Positions 11,711 through 25,350 are shown, counted from the whole stretch's first letter. The stretch is 63,109 nucleotides of DNA, filler included, from Globobulimina sp. (GCA_003354225.1; 27 parts of 27 records of this genome joined end to end with filler, not necessarily neighbours in it); one strand, 5' to 3'. The notes: generated by a model not told the origin, from the sequence alone. Numbers and translations: made by a program.

Positions 11711-13952
11711 GCTTGCCCTTGGGCGTCATTGGCGGGGTTCCAATCCGCATCGAACATTATCAGCCGATTGGCGCCGATCAGATTCAGACCACAGCCACCC
11801 GCGCGATTACTCAATAACAGCACCAGATATTTGCTGTTGGCGTCATTGAACTCGTCCACGATGGGCTGCCTTTTTTTGGTCGGAATGCTGCCGTCTAACC
11901 GCTTATAATCAATACAGCATTTCTGCAAAATCAGTGCCAAAATGTCTAAGGTTTCCGTGAAGACCGAGACGATTACGGTTTTATCGCCGGTGGATTGGTC
12001 GCGTAATTGGGAGAGCAATGAGAGAGTGAACGCCATTTTGGAGGAATGTTGCGCCGAAATGTATCGATCCAGAAAGTCCGATGGGTACAAATGGAACAAT
12101 CCTTTCAATTCGGTGCGGATTCTATTTCCATCGCGGTCGTATTCGCTCGAAGTGCTATGGATGACATTGGCCTTTTTTTTCTTTTTTTTCTTGCTTTTTT
12201 TGGACGCCGATGATATCAATCTCCATTTACTTTTATTGATTTTGATCTTTTCGATCTTGGCGCATTGCTCGTAAATCAGTGCGGGATGATTGCAGATTTT
12301 ACTTAGAAAGCAATTACATAACGGAATGGAATTGATATCGTTTCTGAATATAATATAAATACCTCAACACTGCGACGGCTAAGAAGCCAATGGCAGACAA
12401 TCCCGAACCACTCGACGCCGCATCCTTGGCTTGTTTGGCGATTTTAGACTTTAAAAAGGTTTGATACAACTCTTGTTGGAACGCGCTCAACTTACAAAAC
12501 ACGACATATTCCGACTTCTTTGGCAGATATTTCATCACAACTTTGCTAGTCCGCTGCAATAAGAATTTGTTAAGTATACTCCGCACCGAATTCAGTGCTT
12601 GCTCTCCTTTCTGGTTCACTTTCTTACTCGCACTGCTATCGAAGGAGCGTACAATGCGGCAGGCATCGCTCGAAAAGTCCTTCACCGAGGACCAGACGCC
12701 GGGGTTCACGAAGTTGACCAACGAGTACATCTCCTTCAGGTCGTTCTGGATCGGCGTGCCAGATAACAACATGCGTTTTTTCGACTTGATGCGCGACACA
12801 GCGACGGACAATTGCGATTTATAGTTTTTTAGTTTGTGGCCTTCGTCGCAGACAACGAAGCCAATCTCGTTTTTGATTTTGTTTTTCTTGCCGTTTTTGT
12901 AACAGATGGTTTCATGGTAACTCCGATACGATTCGTAGCTTATAATTAGTACTGGTTTAATGGCGCCGCAATTGGCCGAGCGAATGACAGAGAGCCAGTT
13001 TTTTATGACGTCTTTGGTTTTGCTTAAACAGGGGTACGGTTTCATGGTTTTGCCGGTCTTGCCTAACCATTTAGTGATCTCTAACTCCCAATTGGCCACC
13101 AATGAGGCGGGCGATATTACGATCCCGTTGGAGCAGGTTTGTTCGCCGGCAAATACGTCCTGTTCCATTAGTGTCCACATCACGGTGATGGCTTGCAAGG
13201 TCTTCCCCAGACCCATGCCATCCGCTATATATTATATTCCGCAGTTTCAGCAACTCAGCATGTCAGCTTGCAAGGTGACATTGTAAAAAATGACAAAAAA
13301 ACTTTTGACTCAAGTGGTTGGGATCATTTTCACCGCTGAGCTCCTCGCACATATATAACCAGAAAAACTTAACCTAAAATGCAACCTTCGCCATATTCAT
13401 TGTTGGGCGCATATTTCTTGTCCATCATGCATCGATATACAAATTCCACACCAACCACCTGATGGTGTCGCAGTTTGCAACCTAAGCGAGGATCCACCAC
13501 TATGGGTACTTTGATTTTGTGTTTGTTGCCTTTCTTTTTCTTTGATTTGGTGGCCAATGCATTCTTTACTTTGCTGCTGATCTTAAATTGTTGCACTTCT
13601 CCCTCTGAACCACTGTCCTCTTCTTCATCTTTCATGTCTTCATCTTTTACGTCGTCGTCACTCTCATCATCAGAATCGGATAACTCCTCCGGTCGCCACA
13701 ATACAATGGCACCGTCATCCTCCGGATCATGCTTTGGCAGCGTCGTTTTTTCTTTGCGAAAGCCCAAACAGCCCAAGGCTTTGCCATACGCACTGTACAA
13801 ATCAGCGACATATGCGCGTAGATTCCTTTTTGCTGCTTCGTGATCCACGATTTTGGGTGGCACAAATTTAAATTTTTTACCTTTGCCTTTACGTCCAAAA
13901 ATCATCTCTTTTTTTGGTTCATTGTTGTCGTTTTTTGCGTTGTTTTTTGTTG
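11711..13952 (-). CDS. RAD54: SNF2-family DNA translocase RAD54/RAD54B, partial; introns about 13374-13225 and 12362-12302
   Basis: LRHHQVVGV, GCILADGMGLGKTLQ, CDEGHKLKN, LSGTPIQNDL, ICNHPAL, GGCGLNLIGANRL, DADWNPAND. Confidence 0.92.
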
Positions 13953-14246
13953 NNNNNNNNNNNNNNNNNNNNNNNNNNNNNNNNNNNNNNNNNNNNTTAA
14001 TTAATTAANNNNNNNNNNNNNNNNNNNNNNNNNNNNNNNNNNNNNNNNNNNNTCAAATCTGACGGTGTGCATGTTGGGACAACTGCGAAACTACCTTTCA
14101 AAGTCTACAAGTTGGGACAACGCCTTTCCAATTTACAATTTGCAGTAATTTTGTACAGTATGCAATAATGTATATTAAAGATAAGACTAAATTATAATTA
14201 TAAAACTAAATTAAGATATACAATTTAGGAAAGTCAAAAACATATT

Positions 14247-16294
14247 CTACACATTTACAGCATTCAATACATTTTCTTCTTCATATAGTTTAAGTCCTGG
14301 TTCATTGCTTGGTTTAATTGTATGTTTTTGAACTGTCTGATAATTTACTTTTTTCATTTCAATGCCTTGCTGTGTAGTTTCTCGATCGGGCTTTGAAAAA
14401 TGTTTCCTTCTCAACATCACAAACATACCAATAACCGCCGCTAATGTCACTACAACAGTGCCGCCAACACACCCTACAATCCACATATTCTTACCATGTT
14501 CCTCTCCATCCCACGCATCCTCATCCGTCGCAATAATATTTCCATTCTCATCAATTCGACCAATAATCCGCCCTTCGTCACCAATCATAAATCTGTTTTG
14601 AGCTTTTGGAGGTCGCAACACTTGAACTTCAATCTCCTGCATCGCATTTAAAACATAACTAAATTTATGCATATAAAAAATAAAGACAACTTAACAATGG
14701 ACGCGGTTTGCTCGCCATCTTTCTCATAACTTACGATCACAATTTGATAATTAACTTTTTTCCTCGGAACCGCAGTTAACAGAACAGCGCTGTTTACAGT
14801 GTCCCCATTCCATTCATCATCAATATCTGACCGAGATACTCTCCATTCACTCATTGCACGTTGCCTTGACGCAGTATCATTTTGTGGAGATCCATCGTCA
14901 GAGAGACCAACTATCAAATCATTCATATTAATCTCCAGTACGCCCGGATTAATTAACGACCAATCAACATTATTATATTTGCTCCCAAATGCATGAACAA
15001 TCATTGTCATTCTCTGTCCGACATAACCAATCCATTTGTATCGATCCGCTTCAATTCTCAATGAATCTGCGCCATCTCCTTCTCCTTCGTCGGAGCCAAT
15101 AGATCGAATGGAACGCGATGCGTAATCATTGGGATCATATACACCTTCACCTTCCCAGGTATTTAACTGTATTTCCACTTGAATGAATATTGGAGAAATG
15201 CTATTTATCTCTGCTATTAATTCTGATGCGTGGATTGGTCGAATTATAACGCCTTCTGTTAACGGACTGACATGGAATTTACCCAAAATTGCTTCATTCA
15301 CAGTGGTCAATGTATCGCGTTTATGCACATCATCCGTAATACAAACATCATTTGCAACCAATTGCAATAATGCGATCGGTGATGGTGGAAAACAAAAACG
15401 TTGATTCCATGCAGGAGCAAACAAACTCGCATCTGTTTTGTTCGTTGATAGGTAATCTCTCATTGAACTGATCTCAATCCATGCTTGCTTCATAGTGAAT
15501 GGATGTGTTGTTAACGTTGTATTGTACATAAAATAAATGTTAACATAAATACTGCCAACAACAGTATCCTTATCATCTGTTAATTTTAGCTGCGAATAAT
15601 AAGACTCCTTCCCATCTACAACAAGTGCGGCTGAACCAATATGGTCAGAACTCGCACTCTCTATTTGCTGAACAGCATAAACATGAAATGCTAATTCTGC
15701 CACATTTCCATCAAAACAAAATGTTTCTGCCCAGCTGGGATTGTTATCGTTTTGGGTGGTACTGGTTTGCACCGATTGTTTATCATTATAATCTGGGATG
15801 ATTTTAACAAATGCGTCGTTTCCACTTTTTGGTAATGTACCACGTAAGACATGAACGCAGGTTTTCGAAATTGTTTGTGGTTGGATGGGAGTGGCCGTAT
15901 CAACGAAACTGTCCACTTTGATACATACTGTTTGTGGACATGCATTCGGTATTAATCGCAGGAATTGATCATATGCATCTTGTTCACCATCGTTTAATTT
16001 CCAATATTTCTCGTTTTCTAAAGATGCGAAGTAATCATCATCTACCATGTCATTAAATATTTGTAATTCAGATTCTTGAGTGTTCCAATATAGATAATAT
16101 CCATTTAATTTATTATACCACACTGGTTTGCCATTGTGTGAAATCCTTCTGTTCATCAATATGTATTCGCCATCTACACTTTGAAAGGGTGATCGATGCA
16201 ATTGGCCTAATACACATACCTTATTCAGTGTATGTCCGCCATTGAACATCATATCAAATATGACTGGCTGATTTGCTGTTGTGATTTCAAAAAT
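14247..16294 (-). CDS. Type I membrane protein with C2-like domain(s) in the presumed ectodomain, 5' partial; probable intron about 14690-14635
   Basis: DAFVKI...TQNDNNPSWAETFCF...SDHIGSA (C2 pattern); C-terminal TM WIVGCVGGTVVVTLAAVIGMFVML followed by RRK. Confidence 0.6.
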
Positions 16295-16712
16295 NNNNNN
16301 NNNNNNNNNNNNNNNNNNNNNNNNNNNNNNNNNNNNNNTTAATTAATTAANNNNNNNNNNNNNNNNNNNNNNNNNNNNNNNNNNNNNNNNNNNNGATAAG
16401 GCACAGGCGATTATTGTACCAGAGGTAAGATTGGAAGATGAGAGACGAAATGAATTATTGCCTAGGGATGATGCTGTGAATGTTACGGATATTATTGGAA
16501 GTGTAAATAGTGTAAATGTACAGTTAGAAAAGGTAGAATTACAAAGCAGTGATGATGTGACAGGTGTACGCACGGTTTGTGTTTGTGAACACTGTCATAG
16601 GGAAACGTTATCAGAAATTGGGCAAAGGGGTGATGATGGACATTGGTATTGTTTTGAATGTTGGTCGAGTTTTTAATGCGTCAATGTTCCTAAAGATTAA
16701 CACTGTATCTAC

Positions 16713-16950
16713 ATATAAGAATTAGTGCATTTAACTGAATTGAAAGCAAAGTCGATAATTCAGTTTATTTTATCCGTCTACAAGCTATATTTATTAGTCT
16801 AATCGAATAAATATTTAATTATATCAATCATATTTATGTTGAAAAGGATCATAAAGTTTTTAGAAACTTTGATATCGTTGCTGGGACGAATAAAATTGTA
16901 CTGAATTAGTGACTTTGCTTTCGATTCAGTTAAATGCACCAATTCTATAT
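16713..16950. mobile_element. MITE-like foldback element
   Basis: About 47-bp inverted repeats (AGAATTAGTGCATTTAACTGAATTGAAAGCAAAGTC...) with about 4 mismatches, extending imperfectly to about 70 bp; TA-rich flanks. Confidence 0.7.
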
Positions 16951-17140
16951 AGTATCGTTTATGTTATATAATATTCCTTGCATGTTTGAAACACTTTTCT
17001 TTTGAAATTGTATACGTTTCCTTGCACTGCATGTAAATCCCCATAGGTAGTATAAAGTAGTTCAACTGCCGAAGATTGGCAAATAATTATTCTAGAGCCT
17101 GAGTGCGAAAACATTAATGTGAAAACGGTGCAAGGATCAA

Positions 17141-18181
17141 TCAGTTTCCTTCCATCTTGTTTTTAGTACTTGGTTTTGGTGTATTTGATTTTGAGCGACT
17201 CTTTGGATTTGGTAACAAATCAAGTTGTGTGGCCAAGGGTTTTTCTTTAAAATATGGATGATTTAATGATTGAGTCGCTGTTAATCTTTTATTTGGATCA
17301 AATTTACATAAATTTAAAAATAAATCCTTTCCATTTTTTGATGAAGCTTTAAATAAATTATCAATCGGATATGATTGATTAGGTTCATATTTTCTAAATT
17401 TTGGCAGTATTTCATAATCTTTCCAAGTAACAGCATTATCATCGCCCGAAAGGTTACTAATCGAAGAGGTATATGAATAATTATTTGGAGTGCCTAAAAT
17501 CCGGAATATTCTGCCAATCTGTGCAATTTCTGAATTGTCACTACCACCAAATATTGGTATTCTTAACAGTAACTCGGCAAAAATGCATCCAACGGACCAT
17601 AGATCTAAGCCAATCGAATAGTAATTTGAACCAAACAATAATTCAGGCGATCTGTACCAAATAGTACATGCCTGATACGATAATAATCTGTTCCTACTGC
17701 CATACTCTCGCGACAATCCAAAATCTGATATTGCCAATGTATTATCCGATAATAGCAAACAATTTGATGGCTTGAGGTCGCGATGCAGTATAAATTTGTG
17801 ATGAATATATTCAACGCCGCGTAGTATCATAATCATATACTTTTTGATATCAGCAGGTCCTAATAAAATCTCTTTATTTTGTATTAATTGCTCTAAATCA
17901 GCGACTGCAAATGGCATTATAATGTACAAATTTTGTGATTTGCCAAATATGTCTAATATATTGATTATGTTTGGATGGTTCAATTCTCGCAACATATAAA
18001 TCTCTCGTATTGTATCCATACTTATTCCATTTGAATCGGACGCATTTCTCAATTTTTTAACTGCTACGTATTCTCCAGGCTCGTCTTTGCGTTCTGCTTT
18101 CAGGATTATACCTTGTCCACCTTCGCCAATTTTACCTAACACCCTGTATTTATCACTTCCCATTTCTAGTGATGCTGACAT
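17141..18181 (-). CDS. CDK7: Cyclin-dependent kinase, CDK7/CAK-like
   Basis: GEGGQG, NGISMDTIREI (alphaC), HRDLKPSN, DFGLSR, TIWYRSPELLFG; C-terminal HPYF...LPNP. Confidence 0.75.
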   Translation of the reverse strand: MSASLEMGSDKYRVLGKIGEGGQGIILKAERKDEPGEYVAVKKLRNASDSNGISMDTIREIYMLRELNHPNIINILDIFGKSQNLYIIMPFAVADLEQLIQNKEILLGPADIKKYMIMILRGVEYIHHKFILHRDLKPSNCLLLSDNTLAISDFGLSREYGSRNRLLSYQACTIWYRSPELLFGSNYYSIGLDLWSVGCIFAELLLRIPIFGGSDNSEIAQIGRIFRILGTPNNYSYTSSISNLSGDDNAVTWKDYEILPKFRKYEPNQSYPIDNLFKASSKNGKDLFLNLCKFDPNKRLTATQSLNHPYFKEKPLATQLDLLPNPKSRSKSNTPKPSTKNKMEGN

Positions 18182-18811
18182 TGTTCACGAAAACGACTGA
18201 AGTATTAAAAAACCCTTGCTTCACATCTCCCTCTCTCTCCCTTTACATCTGAAATGAATGTGTTACCATTTGCTAAAAAATTTGAACGACCAACGTTAGT
18301 ATTATTATTTGACAAAGAAAACACTGTCAATATACAAAGTTTCAAATATAATTGTAAACAATTCGGGATGCGTCATTATGTCGTTGGGATTCGTAAACAT
18401 CAATTTGGATGTGATTTAGTCGTACAATACGGTGAGTGGATTAAAAATAAAATCTGCGAAAGTTTACAAATCGAGGATAGTGATGATGATGATGACAAAA
18501 AAAAAGATGTTTATAAATTACCTTATTGGTTATTATGGATAAAAATGGAACATTCAATACATTTGATTTTCGAATTCCACTCTATTCCACTTTATTTGAA
18601 AACAATTCATTCCCTCAATACTTAAAGAATACAATANNNNNNNNNNNNNNNNNNNNNNNNNNNNNNNNNNNNNNNNNNNNTTAATTAATTAANNNNNNNN
18701 NNNNNNNNNNNNNNNNNNNNNNNNNNNNNNNNNNNNATAAAAGCAAACCAATGATTAATTGCAAAGGTGTCATGAGCTGACTCTGAGTAATATTATTTAA
18801 AAAAAAAACAT

Positions 18812-20978
18812 TTAATAATGGTAGTTTCTCAAACATGTCAAACTGTCCTCGTTATTTCCATGTGAATTCTTTGTGATCTCTAACAATAATTTCCAGTTTT
18901 CAAACTTCAATTTCTCGATTTTAGCATATCGCGCTATCCAACTTCGTCGTAACCAGTAACTCTTTCTATCTGTCATATTTTCACTATATTTATGCGATCC
19001 TTTTATTACAATTCTCTTCAATTTCTCAGACAAATCCATACATTGCAACATCAATGATAACGAGAATGGATACGAACATTTCCCTGTACGATCCGTAGAA
19101 TATATAACTATTTCACTAACATTTTTAAACAATTTTATAATATTCTCTCTCAAAACATTTTGCTTCAATTCCTCACTGTCAATAAACCGGATATCATCTC
19201 TAGTTATCGCGCTAACCACCAAATGATTTAATTCCTTAAAATATCGCTTAAAATAATCCATATTTATCACAAGCTTTGTTTTCTTGACACAAAATACCTT
19301 AAATGTATCAATAATATATGCATCAAACTCAAAATCATCCGTTTCAACCTGCTTCATTTCCAACTCATTTGCTGTCAATGCTTTTATTATTCTTTCATCA
19401 TAGCCGACTTTAATACTTTTACTGCATTCCATCTTAAACATATTACTCCCATTCAACATAGCATCGAAGTAAAATAAACTGTTAAAATGCTCATCGTAGC
19501 TTTTTAATGTCTTGACAACGGTGACACTCTCTATTCGAATTCGGAAATCCCCTCCAAAAAACAGCACTTCTTCTTCTTCTCTGTGATCAGAGATCCAGGC
19601 ACAATAAAATGAGCGCAAATAGTATGCCCCGTAGTAGTCGCCACTGACATTATTCAGTCTCATTATAATCCCATGAGAGGTGGCAAAATTCATTGTAGCT
19701 TCTTGTTGTATGGAAGTGGAGGTCGGGCCACATAGTCTAATGTTGAATTGAGGCACATTCATTACAAAGGACATGCCGCAGTAAAAGGGGCCTTTCATAC
19801 AGTTACCGCCGATGCCGCTTGCTGTGCTGCCATAAAACTGCACTGTTTCTCGCAATGTTTTTGATAAATGCCAATAATTTGCATTCCGTTTTTTAATCAG
19901 CGTCAATGGTTCAAAAGGGTATGTTGCACGAAACGTGGACGAGAAATCTGTGCTTAATGCTGAAAAATTGCAATATAAAAGCAACGCAATCAAATTATGT
20001 TTCTGGATTGCTTTGTTTTTAACAACATCATAATGTAAATGTTGCAGATACCATTTATTACCATCCAATGCTTTCATTTTCTTGCTTTTATTCGTTGTCA
20101 AATATTTGTCAGCTTTCAACGCGATAACTTGTTGGAATTCGTTTTTTGTGATTGGAATATTTGTGTGTTGACCGTGTGGACAGTTTAATACTTCTTCTTT
20201 AATGTTTTGATATTTTCCTTTTTCAAGGTATAATTCGTAAATGTGATAACCGCCGTAATCATTGATATTATCATAATCAATTTCCTCTTCGTATTGTTTC
20301 CCAGCGCTGTGTCTATACCACGGCCAATAATAAAATATAAGAGCCACATTGAACGATGCTAAACATACTTTAGATATCATATACAAAATAGATTTGTTTG
20401 TTATTTGTTACTGATTAAAACATAAAATAGCATACAAGTTTTCGTTTTATGTCTCTCTTTGATAAATTGTCTGATAACGTCAGAGCAGTGGTTGTTTTTT
20501 ATTTGATTTGCAATATTCGATGGACAGACATATCCATATAAAGCAGGCTTATCATACAAATCATATTCAATGCATTCAGAATCATATTCTTCATTTTCCA
20601 GAAAAGATTGCAAATCATGTCTTGCTTTTGTTGAAATGTCATTAGTTTGCACATATTCAAATAACTTGTCAACGAATAATTTTTCTATATATAGTTAAGA
20701 CAAAACCTGTGTGTGTGCAAAACATAAATATATATATAAATAAATAGTAAAACCATCAGCATTCTCTCCAACTGGCATAATCTGAGCAACATTAAATTTG
20801 TCTGAATTAAATTCTGTTTCGTCTTTGAATTTTTCTTTCTTGGCTGATATTATTTGCTGCATTGTACCTAATTTCTTGTCATTATCATTTATTGCATATG
20901 CTTTGACTCTCATTCCAATGTCATATAAATGTATCAAATAATAATGCAACGAATCGAATAATTCAATATAAAAATTTA
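18812..20978 (-). CDS. ARTC-type (R-S-E clan) ADP-ribosyltransferase-like protein; multi-exon, 5' partial
   Basis: LLLYCN...FYCGMS (first strand), GPTSTS (STS motif), SDHREEEEVLFFGG (ExE motif) in canonical order. Confidence 0.6.
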
Positions 20979-21119
20979 NNNNNNNNNNNNNNNNNNNNNN
21001 NNNNNNNNNNNNNNNNNNNNNNTTAATTAATTAANNNNNNNNNNNNNNNNNNNNNNNNNNNNNNNNNNNNNNNNNNNNCTAGAAGTGACTGTAAAAGTGA
21101 CATGCTTTCAAATGTTAAG

Positions 21120-21888
21120 CCTCCGAACTTAAATGGCAGTAGTCAATTGAAGGTACACAATCATGGTGTTTTGCTGCTCTTTGGCGCGATTAACTTTATT
21201 AGTATTGATTAATGTTAATTTCAAACAATTTATAAAAGATGGCAGAATATCAAAAAAGGACATTATTCGCGTGGTTGATGCAATAAATAATATCAAAGCG
21301 TTGTCATATACAAATGTCCGAAATAATATCAAAACAAAACCAAAACGTTTGATTATCGGCATATGCCACATATTTGTTTTACGGTTATACGGAGATCGAA
21401 AATTAATCTATGAAACTGGAATGAATGTGTTACCAAAAGATGTCTCTGCTGTGACAGTAATAACATTTGGAGCGCCAACTATTGTGTTCCACGAAGATGT
21501 GGTTTAAATTGATGATAAATTCAAGAAAAGAATGTTTAATTTCGCCAATTTTGGAGATCCCGTCAAAAAGCAAAAAGATACACAGAAAAGAAATATTTTC
21601 AGTATGTCGCAGATCATGGCTCATATGAAAGATAAATCATTGTATCGATTGGGAACAAATGCTCCCTTCGGAAATTATATTATTATCATCAAAGCTAAAA
21701 AACGTATTCGATTAAGTGCGGCTCAAAGAGCCAGAAAAAAGAGGAAACGAAGTAGAATTGGTAGATTTTTTAGAATTTATGGAAGTAAGAAATGGGAATA
21801 TGCCAAAGATGAAAGTATTTGGATTAAAATGGTGAAATATGACGAAATTGAGAGCGAACCGTATTTGCAAAATGTTTATATAAAATAA
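21120..21888 (+). pseudogene. Class 3 lipase-like pseudogene
   Basis: VITFGAP and FNFANFGDPV motifs lie in one frame split by TAA at 21505-21507; the GHSLGG elbow is missing at KRLII/GICH. Confidence 0.5.
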
Positions 21889-22282
21889 CAATGGGCGGAG
21901 CTTTTGGTGTTTTAAAAGGTGCCGTAACAAATCATTTTTTGCCATATACAATATAATTATATACAATAAACAGTTTTTACTCGGACATTTAAATGTATTC
22001 GTTCCAATGTACAGCTGTATATTGTATATTTTTATTTGTATATCGTATATTGTATGTATACTGTATATTATATGATATTTAGTATGTAGTATTTTTTGTG
22101 TTTGTTTCATTTGTTGTAAACCATTGCAATGCTCGATATATATCATTTATGTTACAATGGAAACGTGCATATATTAGATAGAGAACTGTTCGTTACTTCC
22201 ATTCTCATTGTAGTTTTCTCAAAAAGTTAGCTTGAACTGTGCAAGGAGATTTAACTAAAATCACAACACTTTTACAAAAAGC

Positions 22283-23319
22283 ATGGTCATTCTGTCCGTA
22301 TCTGTATGCAACAAGAAAGGGAGAAGTATGCCACTCTCCTACAACTTAAAAATAATAACAAAATACGCATCTATATACACATAACATACGTACGTACATA
22401 GTCCTTTTAGCCCGTCAATATGTCCCAATGTCACGTCTAAGAATCGAAGGACTGCTATCCGCGTTCCCCAAACTCATACGTATGCATCTTAACAATTAAT
22501 ATGATGTGTTTACGTGTAAAAATGCACAAATGATGTTTGCATAATACGCAGATGCCGATGACGAGTTACTCTCAAAACAACATACATTCATAGAGACCTC
22601 CGAAGTGCGCTATATTTACCAACCAATGGACACCTTATATTTATTATTAATCACCAACAAACAGTCGAATATCTTACAGGATTTAAGTACCTTGCGGATG
22701 ATCGCCAAATTGGTGCCAGAATATTGCGGCGGCCATGACGAAGAAACCGTGGCCTCCAACGCCTTCAACTTATTATACGCTTTGGACGAAGTGGTAACTC
22801 CAATGGGATACCGCGAGAGCATCAATTACAAACAAATCGAAGACTTTGTCAAAATGGAGAGTGCCGAGGAGCAGTTATCTGAAATGATCACCAAATCCAA
22901 GCACGAAAATGCACAGGAAATCATCAACCAAAAAGCCAAGGAATTTGACAAAAAACGCGCCGATCATCGCAAAAAATTTGGTTCGCCCGGCATGGCCTCG
23001 TTGGAAGCCATCAAAAATTGGCGGGGCTCCTCCTCCAACACACAATCGCATGACATGACCGCCGCCAACACCAACAACAACGCCATGGACTACGGCGACA
23101 ATGTTCGCAGCATATCGTCCAAAGACTATTTCCAACAAACTGGCAACGAGAATGCAGGCAATTTGGTGATGGAACAGGCCGACAACACAGTGACCAAAAG
23201 ATATGGTGCACGCGACAGCGATTCCGAGGAGGACAAGAACAGCAGGAAAAAGAAGAGGAAAAAGAACAAAATGGGCGGCATGGTGTTGGGCGGCGGCAAC
23301 AAGAAACAGGACCGACTAT
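22283..23319 (+). CDS. ARCN1: Coatomer subunit delta, 3' partial; introns 22326-22401 and 22480-22551
   Basis: MVILSVSVCNKKGRILLARQY...RIEGLLSAFPKL...QHTFIETSEVRYIYQPM...TNKQSNILQDL. Confidence 0.95.
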
Positions 23320-23419
23320 NNNNNNNNNNNNNNNNNNNNNNNNNNNNNNNNNNNNNNNNNNNNTTAATTAATTAANNNNNNNNNNNNNNNNNNNNNNNNN
23401 NNNNNNNNNNNNNNNNNNN

Positions 23420-24224
23420 AACTCATTAAATAACATTCTTGCATCCAAAGTAAATAAATCAAGGTCTATCAACATCAGATAATCAAACTCAATGTGGTAT
23501 GGTGTTTGCATATATTTCTCTTGTATCAATTTGATTTGCTTTAACATCATATTCCTATATACAGTGAACCGTTCAATTCTGTTCAAATTTATTGATTTAT
23601 TCTTGTTTGCAATTTACACAAATAATCCACAACGATGTTGTCATTAAATATTGTTATTTTTTGAACCAGTGAAGGATGGTGATTTTGGATTGAATCCATC
23701 AGCAATTTGTTGTTCTGTTCAGTATCTGATCTCCATCTCCATCGACTGTTCTTTTTCCGATGTTTATTGGATTTGTATCTTTTGCAAAATTCGATACTGC
23801 TGTTTAAACTCCATTTTTTTAATATGTTTGGTGTGTTGTCATTCGAGTTGGATTCGAAAATGATAAATACTGTGTTGTTCCAAATGCAATAAATCTCATT
23901 CAATGAATGCAATAAAGGTTGCAAGTGGTCTTCCACATTGTGTACCATGCCTGCGATAATTATGGATTTCTGCATAAAATGTGGTACATCATACAAATAT
24001 AAATGTTTATCATCTTGAAATTCAAACTGCGTTTGAATGATGTCAATGTTTCTGTGACTGAGATTAATTGGTTTATAATCTAAAATCGAATAAAATGTTT
24101 GCAATAATACAAAAAATAAACAAGTTACCAGCGTTGCACCAACAACAAATACGATTTGAAACGTGCGAAAACTGGATTTAGACTCGAATAGTGCCTGCAT
24201 GTCAACGGCAACTGAAATTAGCAC
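23420..24224 (-). CDS. Type II membrane GT-A glycosyltransferase (CAP59/GT2-like), frameshifted near 23610, 3' partial
   Basis: N-terminal TM; IIIAGMVHNVE, IIFESNSNDNT, RIERFTVYRN, YLMLIDLD (DxD). Confidence 0.65.
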
Positions 24225-24318
24225 TATTTAGCAGGTCAGGTTTAAATCGCCGTGCAGCTGTTCAGTTGTAATATGCACGCAACGAAAGTTTTTTACTTCT
24301 CAGTTTGAACTTGTCAGG

Positions 24319-24972
24319 ATGTCAGATTTTGAAATATTTATTTTTTGTATTGTGTTGATTATTTATTTTTTGTATTATATTTCCAAAAACGGAGAAGCAT
24401 TAACGGAAAGAAAACTAACATTTACAAAAACTCCGCAATCATACAAACAAATTGAAAATGAAGAATGGGTTATTTTTGATTCATCAGATAAATTGGTACA
24501 AGATATTTACACAGACCAACTGGAAGGTACTCAAGACACACATGAGCAGCAAATTAAATTGAAACAAATTTGGCAATCTGGGCAATGGTGTGGAAGGTTT
24601 GAACATTCGGATGGCGAAATAATAAACATACCACCATTTACGTTAACATTTTGTTTCGATACAGATACTTGTGTGGGTTATGGAGAAGAGGATGTCGGAG
24701 AATACTTAATTTCTGGATACTTCTCACCTTACAGCAACAGGTACGTAGCTATAGCTTGTATCTTTACATCAATAATTCGATTACAATATAGATTGGCATT
24801 CACGCAGCAATTCATGGACACTCCAGGAAGAGATGATGATGGAAAAACCAGTCCATCCGTTGATTTCCAATTGAAATGGAACAAAGATGACAAATGTTTT
24901 GTTGGTAATTTTTATATCGAAACAGATGAAATTAAATCAAGCGGAGTTGTTCTTCTAACAGCATTTGTATGA
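24319..24972 (+). CDS. Hypothetical membrane-anchored protein; probable in-frame intron 24741-24791
   Basis: N-terminal hydrophobic anchor, open frame, GT...AG segment. Confidence 0.5.
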   Translation: MSDFEIFIFCIVLIIYFLYYISKNGEALTERKLTFTKTPQSYKQIENEEWVIFDSSDKLVQDIYTDQLEGTQDTHEQQIKLKQIWQSGQWCGRFEHSDGEIINIPPFTLTFCFDTDTCVGYGEEDVGEYLISGYFSPYSNRYVAIACIFTSIIRLQYRLAFTQQFMDTPGRDDDGKTSPSVDFQLKWNKDDKCFVGNFYIETDEIKSSGVVLLTAFV

Positions 24973-25130
24973 TCTTGTAATAGCATTTTTACACATTTAA
25001 AATATCCTTGCTCTGTTTCTTGATCTGAAAAGTCAAAAGAGATTGCTTTATAACGACAGAATTTCAGTGTTCTTTGAGAAAAAATGTTGAATAAAAAAAT
25101 TCTAAACCAAAACACTAAGAAATAGTTGTC

Positions 25131-25350
25131 ATGTCACTTTCTACGCTTTTGTCAATTCTATTGATAGCAATACGCACCAATCTTTGTCAGCGCATTAATG
25201 AAGACATACACTGTATGTCAAATGAATCAGAATGTAACATAGAATGTTCTGAATACAGAAGTTGTGCATTGTCATCGATATTTTGTAATAATGCCACCAG
25301 ATGCAATGTTATTTGCAGCCAACAAGAATCTTGTGGTTTTGCTACTATTT
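25131..25350 (+). CDS. Secreted Cys-rich repeat protein, interrupted after about 25350
   Basis: Signal peptide plus C-x-I-x-C...SC...I-x-C repeats. Confidence 0.5.

Noticed and set aside
13475-13843. Antisense and alternative-frame ORFs in the ORF track (this one and many like it)
   Set aside because: Shadows of real genes on the opposite strand, with no motifs of their own
23586-23620. Programmed frameshift in the glycosyltransferase
   Set aside because: One missing A in a short A-run explains it; no slippery heptamer or downstream structure seen
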